DNA from: Nemertoderma westbladi
Taxonomy: Eukaryota > Animalia > Xenacoelomorpha
Direction of reading: 5' to 3'
Length of the DNA stretch: 64,000 bases
NCBI GenBank assembly: GCA_032718475.1
Contig: JAUCBJ010004156.1
Location: forward strand, 1-64,000
Under the pieces are notes generated by a model, which saw only the letters and a list, made by a program, of their open reading frames with translations, was not told the origin of the DNA and ran no database searches. The position numbers and the translations under genes are program-made. This document shows, one piece after another, positions 11,948 to 25,895 of the stretch. The stretch's first letter is position 1, and every line of letters begins with the position of its first letter.

Positions 11948-12015
11948 GGTTTACACCCATAGGACCTACAACCCACAGCGCCTACAAGCTACACCCCACA
12001 ACCACAGCCCTACAC
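11948..12015 (-). repeat. Short inverted copy of the 16-bp repeat family (transposon-end-like)
   Basis: GGTTTACACCCATAGGACCTACAACCCACAGCGCCTACAA is the reverse complement of the 8178-8797 unit. Confidence 0.75.
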
Positions 12016-13663
12016 TTTAATATATCACTAATCGATAGCCAGTATTCTTTAAGCTTAAGTAACGTGAACCTTAAAAGATTTTACCTTTTTATAATAACTC
12101 AGATCTGAAATCACATCTATTTTTCCAACTAATCTGTTGAAATTTGGTCTCAATATTACGAATGTACTGTGGCTGTATCGAATTCAAAAGTTACATAGTT
12201 TTACAACTGCGCGCGAGGCTATTATATTCTATTTAATAAATAAACCATGTTCTGGAACATTTTTTTGTCTGAATAGCTACGTAATAGTATGATTGAAGAG
12301 GTATTTAATAGTTGCCCAGCTGCGTATTCAGAATAGGGTGTATTTATTAAATAGAGTAAAATACCCACCTGAGACACTATTTTGAAACGCTTGTAGCTAA
12401 AGAATGAAAGCGAAAATAAATATTCTGGCTGACCGAGGATGGATGGGGGGGGGGGGGGGGGGGGGGGGAACGTGAAACTGTCTCTGTTTCAAATATCATG
12501 CAATGTGATATGTAGGAAAATTTGGAGGTGGGGTGGATGGGGGGCGGGGCGTGGATGTGTCTGAATAAAGACACTATATTCCAGGACAATGTTTGGCTTT
12601 TTCAACAATTTTAATATTAATCTCATTTCCATTGCCAAATTTAGAATGCTTTAACTTGGTAAAACTTTACAAAGTTGAATTGGTATGGAGTACCGGTACA
12701 TTTCTTCCTCTGAAGAGCATACATAGAGTTACAACAATGATTTGTTCTTAACAAAATTATAGCCGAGAAACACGATTGAACAAATGGCCTTGGAATGATA
12801 ATAATTTATACGATATGAGTTTCTTAGGGTAACCTGATCCGTAAACTGATTGTGTTTCAAACCACATGACAATAAGAGACTCAACCAATACCGATAATCG
12901 GAGGAACATATTTAATTCAGATTTGGTGCTGTAATGAGGGAGATACTTATTATTTATTTATGATATGGCACAGGCATATGGTGTGCAACAATGGTTTAGT
13001 GAACCACATATAGATAATACAACTGCTAAGGACGTAACATAAGGTTCGTATGTCTACAATCTTTAGGGACCATTCATCTCAGTAGCAATTCTTTGAATAT
13101 TTAATTGATTTATGATAATGGTGATTTATCAGGCAGAAAGGCCTACTGATTATAAGAAGGTTCTACTACTATCAACAGTTATACATCCAAATATACTTAT
13201 TGATATACATACACGCACCACCTGGTTTGCCTATATGAATAAACCCTATCACATTTGTTATCCTAATCCCAAAAGCACTTCGATTATTGCCATCACGCTC
13301 CAGAATGTGTTGACAGATAGATCAAAGGTTTAGCTGCAAATGGTATATCGCTATCCTTCCATGGTTCAATGGATTAAACATCCTTTAGAAGGCTAAACAT
13401 AATAATATTATAATTTAATAAAAACTCACTAATAATCTAAATGACATTTGAAAACTACTCTATACTTTTATATACTGTTACTATAATTTTTATGGTGTGA
13501 AAAAATTGTTTCTTAATAAAAAATAAATAAGATTGTTCTTAAATGTAATTAGTGTAATTAGAAACATAATATAGCTTCACCTCCTGGCTCCTTAGTGGGC
13601 GAGTAAGAATATATTTCCTTTTTCAAACTTTTGCAGCAAGCCTTTAAAAATAACCATGAATTT

Positions 13664-14766
13664 CCCATAGTGCACTAGGCCGACCGCAGCTACCCAAAGT
13701 GCACTAGGCCGACCGCAGCTACCCAAAGTGCACTAGGCCGACCGCAGCTACCCATAGTGCACTAGGCCGACCGCAGCTACCCAAAGTGCACTAGGCCGAC
13801 CGCCGCTACCCATAGTGCACTAGGCCGACCGCCGCCACCCATAGTGCACTAGGCCGACCGCAGCTACCCAAAGTGCACTAGGCCGACCGCAGCTACCCAT
13901 AGTGCACTAGGCCGACCGCAGCTACCCATAGTGCACTAGGTCGACCGCCGCCGCCCATAGTGCACTAGGCCGACCGCAGCTACCCATAGTGCACTAGGCC
14001 GACCGCAGCTACCCATAGTGCACTAGGCCGACCGCAGCTATCCATAGTGCACTAGGCCGACCGCAGCTACCCATAGTGCACAAGGCCGACCGCAGCCACC
14101 CATAGTGCACAAGGCCGACCGCAGCCACCCATAGTGCACTAGGCCGACCGCAGCTACCCAAAATGCACTAGGCCGACCGCAGCTACCCATAGTGCACTAG
14201 GCCGACCGCCGCTACCCATAGTGCGCTAGGCCGACCGCCGCCACCCATAGTGCACTAGGCCGACCGCAGTTACCCAAAGTGCACAAGGCCGACCGCAGCT
14301 ACCCATAATGCACAAGGCCGACCGCAGCTACCCATAGTGCACTAGGTCGACCGCCGCCACCCATAGTGCACTAGGCCGACCGCAGTTACCCAAAATGCAC
14401 AAGGCCGACCGCAGCTACCCATAGTGCACAAGGCCGCCCGCAGCTACCCATAGTGCACTAGGTCGACCGCAGCTACCCATAGTGCACAAGGTCGACCGCA
14501 GCTACCCATAGTGCACAAGGTCGACCGCCGCCACCCATAGTGCACTAGGCCGACCGCAGTTACCCAAAATGCACAAGGCCGACCGCAGCTACCCATAGTG
14601 CACAAGGCCGCCCGCAGCTACCCATAGTGCACTAGGTCGACCGCAGCTACCCATAGTGCACAAGGCCGCCCGCAGCTACCCATAGTGCACTAGGTCGACC
14701 GCAGCTACCCATAGTGCACAAGGTCGACCGCAGCTACCCATAGCGCATTAGGCCGACCGCAGCTAT
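13664..14766 (+). repeat. 29-bp minisatellite, about 38 copies
   Basis: CCCATAGTGCACTAGGCCGACCGCAGCTA repeated. Confidence 0.97.
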
Positions 14767-15029
14767 TATGCGTACGTTTCGTTCCTGGTTTCTTGTTATA
14801 TTTCACGTAAACGATTTGCATGCATCTCAACATTAAACCAGCAAGTAATAGATAACTTCAAAAACACAACAAACTATTACTTATTTTAATTTACCATATA
14901 AAGATAATTAATAAAAAAATTTGAAGAAAAAATCTCTTCTGAACACCAAATAAAGAATAGTTCAGTTGAACTTGACTCCCATTAGAAGTTATAGGAATTA
15001 ATAGGAACAATATTTAATATAAAATATAT

Positions 15030-15169
15030 TTATAGTTTATTATTATAAAATGGAGCGTTTAATTATGTAATTACAATATAATTATATTTCAAATATATTT
15101 CAACGTTAACATACTTACATTAATTACAGTACATAATTAAACGCTCCATTTTATAATAATAAACTATAA
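15030..15169. repeat. 40-bp perfect inverted repeat with 60-bp spacer
   Basis: TTATAGTTTATTATTATAAAATGGAGCGTTTAATTATGTA (15030-15069) and its reverse complement (15130-15169). Confidence 0.85.
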
Positions 15170-15531
15170 CTACATTATTTCCACCTGTTTTCGACACTCG
15201 AACATAAAATATGTTATTACAAGATTGAAATTGTAAAAAATAAAAAAAGCAAAAGTAACATTATAAAAAATTTAACAAATTTAAGTAACAATATAACTTG
15301 GGATACCGGTGACCACCTCCACCCCCTGATTTTTTAAATTTACACGTCTCCCCAGAAAAGGACAGTTCTCAGATATCGTAAACCGAAACTTACATTTTTT
15401 ATAGCGGACTGCAGTCCCAAATCCCTGCCGTTTTAATGGGAGGGCTGCCGCCCACAAATCCCCGATTTTTCCGGACTCACACCAGCATGCCCCCATTCCC
15501 CGCATTTTTTTTACTAATAACCGCCTAATGA

Positions 15532-16260
15532 CTATTGTGTCAGCACCACACTGAAGTGTCGGAGGAACAACGGGGCATCCGAAACCGCGAAACGATCCTG
15601 CAATAGGAGTATCTCGGTCTTATCATCGTTCATCTTTAATAGGTTAGACCTCATCCATGTCTTTATATCACGTAGACAATTCTCAGTAACTCCAACTGCT
15701 GATTCTATACATTCAGGCTTAAAGGCAATATAGATTTGTGTGTCATCTGCGTAAAGGTGGTAGGTTAGACCGTGTTTTCTTATAACAGCTGAAAGACAGC
15801 GAGTGTATATACTAAATAGAAGCGGCCCCGCAGCTGTATTAAATGCAGCACTAAGGTCGAGCATTAGCATTAGAACATCCGACCCGTTGTGGGTCGATTC
15901 CTTCAGTCACAACTAGTAGAGTTTCAGTGTTTCAGTGACACGGTATTTGCAGTCTCCATCCAGTATGCACTTTGTATGGGTTCATGTAGTCCATTTGAGT
16001 TTAAGTGTCGCATGAGTTGGATATACCACTTTCTCACACAGTTTAACAATGTACAATAGATTTGAAACAGGCCGAAAATGTTTTAATATCTCAGGATCCA
16101 ACCTCATCTTCTTCAACACTAAGTTAATAATCGCTTCTTTGAACATTGTGGCCATCGTCAATGATATTTATAATCATTGTTATAATTATTGGTAACAATA
16201 GTGTCAAGGACAGTTGAACTAATATCGTCGGAAATGGATGACGGCGACTTGATTTTGACT
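15532..16260 (-). pseudogene. CR1/L2-clade LINE reverse transcriptase fragment
   Basis: [37 protein letters not shown]; upstream frameshifted FRPVSNL...KLCEKVV. Internal deletion between DLSAAF and GPLLF. Confidence 0.9.
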
Positions 16261-16852
16261 TTGATTCTTTAATTAGAGATTCAGCAATTTTATGTGAGAT
16301 TTCAGAGAATCGATTTAAACTTCATTTTGGTGATCCAAATGAAGTCTTAGTGTCAACATGCGGATCGGATTGGTCACACTTGGCAACGGGTGGGTTAACA
16401 CGCAGCTATGCGGGTCTCGTTGGTTACAATTAGCAACACACGGGTCGCTGAGTCCGTGGTTATACACTATGTCCTGGAATATACGGTAGAGTCGATTTTC
16501 AGGTACCTGGCAGATTCAAATTTCAGATTTAATTTAAATTCTTCATACAAATAAACTCATACCTAAAAGATATGGCGATTTGTTGGCACTGTTAGAAAGC
16601 TGGCTATGTAAGGGTTCCAAATATGTAACATAATCTGAATTTTGTCGCAAAATAGCTGAAACTAGAGTTGGGAGTGTTTGCCTAAATATATTTAGGGCCA
16701 GATAAAGTGAATGTAACGTCACAAACTAACATAGTGACTGTGAGTCATTTCATTCATCAAAGTATAAAAAGTTTGAACCAAATATTTAAGGAATAAACGA
16801 AAAAGTACACGCATTCAGGGGGTATTGTAAATATTAGCGATTGCAGGCTTTT

Positions 16853-19800
16853 AGCCCGAGATACAGACTAGTAATTCACGATAGTTAGTGGCCCGAGATA
16901 CAGAGTAGTAATTCACGATAGTTAGTAGCCCGAGATACAGACTAGTAATTCACGATAGATAGTAGCCCGAGATACAGACTAGTAATTCACGATAGATAGT
17001 AGCCCGAGATACAGACTAGTAATTCACGATAGTTAGTAGCCCGAGATACAGACTAGTAATTCACGATAGATAGTAGCCCGAGATACAGACTAGTAATTCA
17101 CGATAGTTAGTAGTCCGAGATACAGACTAGTAATTCACGATAGTTAGTAGCCCGAGATGCAGACTAGTAATTCATGATAGATACTAGCCCGAGATACAGA
17201 CTAGTAATTCACGATAGTTAGTAGCCCGAGATACAGACTAGTAATTAACGATAGATAGTAGCCCGAGATACAGACTAGTAATTCACGATAGATAGTAGCC
17301 CGAGATACAGACTAGTAATTCACGATAGATAGTAGCCCGAGATACAGACTAGTAATTCACGATAGATAGTAGCCCGAGATACAGACTAGTAATTCACGAT
17401 AGATAGTAGCCCGAGATACAGACTAGTAATTCACGATAGTTAGTAGTCCGAGATACAGACTAGTAATTCACGATAGTTAGTAGCCCGAGATACAGACTAG
17501 TAATTCACGATAGATAGTAGCCCGAGATACAGACTAGTAATTCACGATAGTTAGTAGCCCGAGATACAGACTAGTAATTCACGATAGTTAGTAGCCCGAG
17601 ATACAGACTAGTAATTCACGATAGTTAGTGGCCCGAGATACAGACTAGTAATTCACGATAGTTAGTAGCCCGAGATACAGACTAGTAATTCACGATAGTT
17701 AGTAGCCCGAGATACAGACTAGTAATTCACGATAGATAGTAGCCCGAGATACAGACTAGTAATTCACGATAGTTAGTAGCCCGAGATACAGACTAGTAAT
17801 TCACGATAGTTAGTAGCCCGAGATACAGACTAGTAATTCACGATAGTTAGTAGCCCGAGATACAGACTAGTAATTCACGATAGTTAGTAGCCCGAGATAC
17901 AGACTAGTAATTCACGATAGTTAGTAGCCCGAGATACAGACTAGTAATTCACGATAGTTAGTGGCCCGAGATACAGACTAGTAATTCACGATAGTTAGTA
18001 GCCCGAGATACAGACTAGTAATTCACGATAGTTAGTGGCCCGAGATACAGACTAGTAATTCACGATAGTTAGTAGCCCGAGATACAGACTAGTAATTCAC
18101 GATAGTTAGTAGCCCGAGATACAGACTAGTAATTCACGATAGTTAGTAGCCCGAGATACAGACTAGTAATTCACGATAGATAGTAGCCCGAGATACAGAC
18201 TAGTAATTCACGATAGTTAGTAGTCCGAGATACAGACTAGTAATTCACGATAGTTAGTAGCCCGAGATACAGACTAGTAATTCACGATAGTTAGTAGCCC
18301 GAGATACAGACTAGTAATTCACGATAGTTAGTAGCCCGAGATACAGACTAGTAATTCACGATAGATAGTAGCCCGAGATACAGACTAGTAATTCACGATA
18401 GTTAGTAGTCCGAGATACAGACTAGTAATTCACGATAGTTAGTAGCCCGAGATACAGACTAGTAATTCACGATAGTTAGTAGCCCGAGATACAGACTAGT
18501 AATTCACGATAGTTAGTAGTCCGAGATACAGACTAGTAATTCACGATAGTTAGTAGCCCGAGATACAGACTAGTAATTCACGATAGTTAGTAGCCCGATA
18601 TACAGACTAGTAATTCACGGTAGTTAGTAGCCCGAGATACAGACTAGTAATTCACGATAGTTAGTAGCCCGAGATACAGACTAGTAATTCACGATAGTTA
18701 GTGGCCCGAGATACAGACTAGTAATTCACGATAGTTAGTAGCCCGAGATACAGACTAGTAATTCACGATAGTTAGTGGCCCGAGATACAGACTAGTAATT
18801 CACGATAGTTAGTAGCCCGAGATACAGACTAGTAATTCACGATAGTTAGTAGCCCGAGATACAGACTAGTAATTCACGATAGATAGTAGCCCGAGATACA
18901 GACTAGTAATTCACGATAGTTAGTAGCCCGAGATACAGACTAGTAATTCACGATAGATAGTAGCCCGAGATACAGACTAGTAATTCACGATAGTTAGTAG
19001 TCCGAGATACAGACTAGTAATTCACGATAGTTAGTAGCCCGAGATACAGACTAGTAATTCACGATAGATAGTAGCCCGAGATACAGACTAGTAATTCACG
19101 ATAGTTAGTAGCCCGAGATACAGACTAGTAATTCACGATAGTTAGTAGCCCGAGATACAGACTAGTAATTCACGATAGTTAGTGGCCCGAGATACAGACT
19201 AGTAATTCACGATAGTTAGTAGCCCGAGATACAGACTAGTAATTCACGATAGTTAGTAGTCCGAGATACAGACTAGTAATTCACGATAGTTAGTGGCCCG
19301 AGATACAGACTAGTAATTCACGATAGATAGTAGCCCGAGATACAGACTAGTAATTCACGATAGTTAGTAGTCCGAGATACAGACTAGTAATTCACGATAG
19401 ATAGTAGCCCGAGATACAGACTAGTAATTCACGATAGTTAGTATAGCCCGAGATACAGACTAGTAATTCACAATAGATAGTATAGCCCGAGATACAGACT
19501 AGTAATTCACAATAGATAGTAGCCCGAGATACAGACTAGTAATTCACGATAGTTAGTAGCCCGAGATACAGACTAGTAATTCACGATAGTTAGTAGCCCG
19601 AGATACAGACTAGTAATTCACGGTAGTTAGTAGCCCGAGATACAGACTAGTAATTCACGATAGATAGTAGCCCGAGATACAGACTAGTAATTCACGATAG
19701 TTAGTATAGCCCGAGATACAGACTAGTAATTCACAATAGATAGTAGCCCGAGATACAGACTAGTAATTCACGATAGTTAGTAGCCCGAGATACAGACTAG

Positions 19801-21079
19801 TAATTCACGATAGTTAGTAGCCCGAGATACAGACTAGTAATTCACGGTAGTTAGTAGCCCGATATACAGACTAGTAATTCACGGTAGTTAGTAGCCCGAG
19901 ATACAGACTAGTAATTCACGATAGTTAGTAGCCCGAGATACAGACTAGTAATTCACGATAGTTAGTGGCCCGAGATACAGACTAGTAATTCACGATAGTT
20001 AGTAGCCCGAGATACAGACTAGTAATTCACGATAGTTAGTGGCCCGAGATACAGACTAGTAATTCACGATAGTTAGTAGCCCGAGATACAGACTAGTAAT
20101 TCACGATAGTTAGTAGTCCGAGATACAGACTAGTAATTCACGATAGTTAGTGGCCCGAGATACAGACTAGTAATTCACGATAGATAGTAGCCCGAGATAC
20201 AGACTAGTAATTCACGATAGTTAGTAGTCCGAGATACAGACTAGTAATTCACGATAGTTAGTAGCCCGAGATACAGACTAGTAATTCACGATAGATAGTA
20301 GCCCGAGATACAGACTAGTAATTCACGATAGTTAGTAGCCCGAGATACAGACTAGTAATTCACGATAGTTAGTAGCCCGAGATACAGACTAGTAATTCAC
20401 GATAGTTAGTATAGCCCGAGATACAGACTAGTAATTCACAATAGATAGTAGCCCGAGATACAGACTAGTAATTCACGATAGTTAGTAGCCCGAGATACAG
20501 ACTAGTAATTCACGATAGTTAGTAGCCCGAGATACAGACTAGTAATTCACGATAGTTAGTATAGCCCGAGATACAGACTAGTAATTCACAATAGATAGTA
20601 GCCCGAGATACAGACTAGTAATTCACGATAGTTAGTAGCCCGAGATACAGACTAGTAATTCACGATAGTTAGTAGCCCGAGATACAGACTAGTAATTCAC
20701 GATAGATAGTAGCCCGAGATACAGACTAGTAATTCACGGTAGTTAGTAGCCCGAGATACAGACTAGTAATTCACGATAGTTAATAGCCCGAGATACAGAC
20801 TAGTAATTCACGATAGTTAGTAGCCCGAGATACAGACTAGTAATTCACGATAGTTAGTAGCCCGAGATACAGACTAGTAATTCACGATAGATAGTAGCCC
20901 GAGATACAGACTAGTAATTCACGATAGTTAGTAGCCCGAGATACAGACTAGTAATTCACGATAGATAGTAGCCCGAGATACAGACTAGTAATTCACGATA
21001 GATAGTAGCCCGAGATACAGACTAGTAATTCACGATAGATAGTAGCCCGAGATACAGACTAGTAATTCACGATAGTTAA
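16853..21079 (+). repeat. 37-bp satellite, about 114 highly homogeneous copies
   Basis: AGCCCGAGATACAGACTAGTAATTCACGATAG(T/A)TAGT repeated head to tail with no spacers. Confidence 0.98.
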
Positions 21080-21139
21080 TATTTATATCTATTTTTAATA
21101 TACAATAGGATTTGTTTACTGAAGTTTCCTTGACAAACT

Positions 21140-23160
21140 TAACATGTTTGTCAAAAACACTTCACATTTCACATGTTTGTCACACACACTTCACACTTCA
21201 CATGTTTGTCACAAGCACTCCACACTTCACATGTTTATCACACACTTCACACTTCACATGTTTGTCACACACACTTCACATGTTTGTCACACACACTTCA
21301 CATGTTTGTCACCCATACTTCACATGTTTGTCACACACACTTCACACTTCACATGTATCTCACCACACACTTCACATGTTTGTCACACACACTCCACACT
21401 TCACATGTTTGTCACACACACTTCACAAGTTTATCACACACACTACACATGTTTGTCACACTTACTTCACACTTCACATGTTTGTCACACACACTTTACA
21501 CTTCACATGTTTGTCACACACACTTCACATGTTTGTCACATACACTTCACATGTTTGTCACACACACTTCACATTCTTGTCACACACACTTCACATGTTT
21601 GTCACACACACTTCACATGTGTGTCACACACACTTCACATGTTTTGTCACACACACGTCACACTTCACATGTTTGTCACACACACTTCACACTTCACATG
21701 TTTCTCACCACACACTTCACATGTTTGTCACACACACTTCACACTTCACATGTTTGTCACACACACTCCACACTTCACATGTTTGTCACACACCCTTCGC
21801 AAGTTTGTCACACACACGTCACATGTTTGTCACACACACTTCACATGTTTTGTCACACACACTTCACACTTCACATGCTTGTCACACACACTTAACACTT
21901 CACATGTTTAACACCACACACTTCACATGTTTGTCACACACACTTCACACTTCACATGTTTGTAACACACACTTCACAATTCACATGTTTGTCACACACA
22001 CTTCACATGTTTGTCACACACACTTCACATGCTTGTCACACACACTTCACATGTTTGTCACACACACTTCACATGTGTGTCACACACACTTCACATGTTT
22101 TGTCACACACACGTCACACTTCACATGTTTGTCACACACACTTCACACTTCACATGTTTCTCACCACACACTTCACATGTTTGTCACACACACTTCACAC
22201 TTCACATGTTTGTCACACACACTCCACACTTCACATGTTTGTGACACACCCTTCGCAAGTTTGTCACACACACGTCACATATTTGTCACACACACTTCCC
22301 ATGTTTTGTCACACACACTTCACACTTCACATGTTTGTCACACACACTTAACACTTCACATGTTTAACACCACACACTTCACATGTTTGTCACACACACT
22401 TCACACTTCACATGTTTGTAACACACACTTCACAATTCACATGTTTGTCACACACACTTCACATGTTTATCACACACACTCCACACTTCACATGTTTGTC
22501 ACACACACTCCACACTTCACATGTTTGTCACACACACTTCACAAGTTTGTCACACACTTCAGATGTTTGTCACACACACTTCACACTTCACATGCTTGTC
22601 ACACACGCTTCACACTTCACATGTTTGTCACACATACTTCACACTTCACATGTTTGTCACACACACTTCACATGTTTGTCACACATACTTCACATGTTTG
22701 TCACACACACTTCACATGTTTGTCACACACACTTCACATGTTTGTCACACACACTTCACATGTTTGTCACACACACTTCACATGTTTGTCACACACACTT
22801 CACATGTTTGTCACACACACTTCACACTTCACATGTTTGTCACACATACTTCACATGTTTGTCACACACACTTCACATGTTTGTCACACACACTTCACAT
22901 GGTTGTCACACACACTTCACATGTTTGTCACACACACTTCACATGTTTGTCACACACACTTCACATGTTTGTCACACACACTTCACATGTTTGTCACACA
23001 CACTTCACACTTCACATGGTTGTCACACACACTTCACATGTTTGTCACACACACTTCACATGTTTGTCACACACACTTCACACTTCACATGGTTGTCACA
23101 CACACTTCACATGTTTGTCACACACACTTCACATGTTTGTCACACACACTTCACACTTCA
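21140..23160 (+). repeat. CA-rich ~22-bp minisatellite with 7-bp indel variants and a ~456-bp higher-order duplication
   Basis: CACACACACTTCACATGTTTGT with or without TCACACT; the variant series starting CATGTGTGT recurs at 21616 and 22072. Confidence 0.95.
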
Positions 23161-23531
23161 AATTGTAAAGTTAATGGTATTAAACCTGTAAAGTTTGCAT
23201 TACTTCGCTATGGAAACACAGCTTTTATGTAATATGTTATGAACTCATGTTGTATGTAATGCGCGATATAATAACAAAGGCCCTCGTAATACAATGGCCT
23301 GTACTATGGCCTTGTAATAACTCATTGTATAATATTAACGTTGAATATGTTGATTTTTTTTAATAAAAAGATATATATTTCTTCTATATTTCGTTGTAAT
23401 ATGTTGTAACATTGCAGTGATTGATGTTTGATTGTGGCTATATTGTTGTAGTATCGCTGTACATTATGGTAGCTGTAAAATATATGTTGCATAGGTGCTA
23501 CATTGCTGTGTTCCGTATATTGCTGTTAATA

Positions 23532-24572
23532 GATTCCCCGTACTTAGTTCCAATTTAAGCCTCATGCGAATTTAGTTCCAATGGAAACGAATTTAGTTAC
23601 AATTTTGGCGAATTTAGTTCCAATTTAAGCGAACTTAGTTCCAATAACTAGAGAAAAACGAAAACGAATTTAGTTCCAATGGAAGCGAACTTAGTTCCAA
23701 TGGAAGCGAATTTAGTTCCAATGGAAGCGAATTTAGTTCCAATGTTTCAGGTGTGAGGCGAGCCACGTAGTTGGCGAAGAATCTGTTTAATGGCACTATG
23801 TGGATGGTTAAATAATAATTGTAAATAACTAACCCAAAACGCCCAACCTCCTAACCAAAACAATCTTATCCCAAACAACGCCCAACCTCTTAACCCAAAC
23901 AATTCAATTAAATTCATTTATATTTCATCATTTAAAATGATATTCATTGTAAAAAACAACGCCCACGCTCTTAACCCAAACAACGCCCAACCTACTAACC
24001 CGAACAACGCCCATCCCCCAAACTGAAACAACTGGTAAATATTGTATTTGCTATTTGGTGTGAAAATGGCACAATGTTTTGAGTATATAATACTACAGAC
24101 TCAGTCAGTCAGTATCAGTATACTCGTGATTAATATATATTTCAAAATGTGTAATTATACATTTAATTCATTAAATGACAGAAGGGGTTTACAATTATTT
24201 ACAATTATTGTTGACCCGGACCCATCCTAAATAGTGGCAATACGTATTAGGCTTCGCCTACTACGTGGCTATCCCCACGATTGAAACATTGGAACTAAGT
24301 TCGTACCCATTGGAACTAAATTAGCTTCCATTGGAACTAAATTCGCTTCCATTGGAACTAAATTCGCATCCATTGGAACTAAATTCCCATGCATTGGAAC
24401 TAAATTCGCATCCATTGGAACTAAGTTCGTTTCGATATTCTGGGATTGGAACTAAGTTCGCCTCGATTGGAACTAAGTTCGCTTCGTAAAATTTATTTTG
24501 GAACTATATTCGTTTCAATTGGAACTAAGTTCGCCTTTGAAAATGTGCGATTGGAACTAAGTTCGTGCTACC
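23532..24572. mobile_element. Foldback / Mutator(MULE)-like non-autonomous element
   Basis: 9-bp TSD CTGTTAATA (23523-23531, 24573-24581); termini GATTCCCCGTACTTAGTTCCAAT vs reverse-complemented right end GGTAGCACGAACTTAGTTCCAAT; arms built of 21-bp GAATTTAGTTCCAATGGAAGC repeats in opposite orientation; internal CAACGCCCAACCT..TAACCC repeats. Confidence 0.85.
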
Positions 24573-25895
24573 CTGTTAATATGTATAATGATGATGTTAC
24601 ATTTTACATTTGTATATTGTATGTTAACAAGATGATTCGTGTGAAACCCGTAGCAAAGGAAACATAAACAAACACCTTTCCCTTAATGTTTTTTAATTTA
24701 GTTTAATTAATTTTTCAAACTCACTAAATTGATTTTATGTTTGCGGTCATTTTGCGCCAGTAGTGACTCGACAGTCTGTAGATGGGGAATTCTATTCCAT
24801 TGGCAAACCAAACGTGGGAAACTGCAATACTGTAAGTATTAGCACCTCAGATCGCCAACTGATATTGAAAGTACTTAAAATAGCGCCGAAGGCAGCTCGA
24901 TAGACCGTGATTACTACAATAACCGGTATCCTTCCCTCCTTAAAAACACGTTGAACACGTTCACACCACCCAGATAGCTAAGCTGTGGGGGGCCCGATCG
25001 GGGATTTGTATAGGGGCCAGACTAACTAGCAATTACACACAGCTGAAGCTTCGCATAAAGCAGCAAGGCCCAATGAACCCGGTATTTATAAGGCCAAATT
25101 ACAAGGACTGATCCCTCTAAGGACGTGTATAGGAGTCAATCATACTAGTTTGGGACACCCATTAAACGCTGTTATTGCTCGCTCAAGGGGCTCTCCCTGC
25201 ACTGGGTGTCATATTGGGACCATTTCGCCTTGCGGACTTGTTAAATCCCGGTTTATTATGCATCACCACTGCCGCGGCGGCTACTCCTATTGTCTGATGC
25301 GTAGATTGCGGGTTTGTGGTGCGAGCGGCTTTGTTAGGCGTCAAAAAGCACCCCGTAATTACCGCAGTAAATCTGTGGCCATTAACACCCCAAAGAAGCG
25401 GTCTGTGTTAGTCGGAGGAGCAGAAAGTGTGTGTTATTAGCCGACGGCCTTATTCTGCTGGGCCACTGGAAGACGAAAAACCTCTATACAACGTGTGTTC
25501 GCAATATATCGATCGCCCAGTTATTGGAAATTAAAAAATAAATAAATATATAATTACATCACAAAATATATTTTCATTAGAAGTACTAAAGGAGCAACGT
25601 TTAGCATAAACGTAAATCGAATTGAGAGTTCTACAAACTACTAGGGGTAAAATTATTTACTAATAACACCTAAAGGGACATTTTACCATAAGGACCACAA
25701 GACACAAGAATATAACACTATTGGGACCAAAAGCACTGAATATAAAACATAGGTAACTAGTCACCGGGTAAAAACACTAAATACTGCGAAAAAGTAAACA
25801 ATTATATACAGGAAACAGAACCAACAAAAATAAAAAACTTGCACCACAGAAATTAAAGAACGTTCGATTAATTCCTTGAGTTATAGATCGAAATA

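Noticed and set aside
12572-16487. 14-bp inverted match TATATTCCAGGACA as TIRs of one 3.9-kb element
   Set aside because: Short match, left end degenerate, no convincing TSD; more likely separate fragments.
16853-21079. 37-bp repeats as a CRISPR array
   Set aside because: Units are head to tail with no unique spacers, no cas genes, eukaryotic context.
21112-23232. 706-aa His/Cys/Thr-rich ORF and overlapping ORFs
   Set aside because: All three frames are open because the CA-rich unit lacks stops; indels are not multiples of 3; no unique coding flanks.
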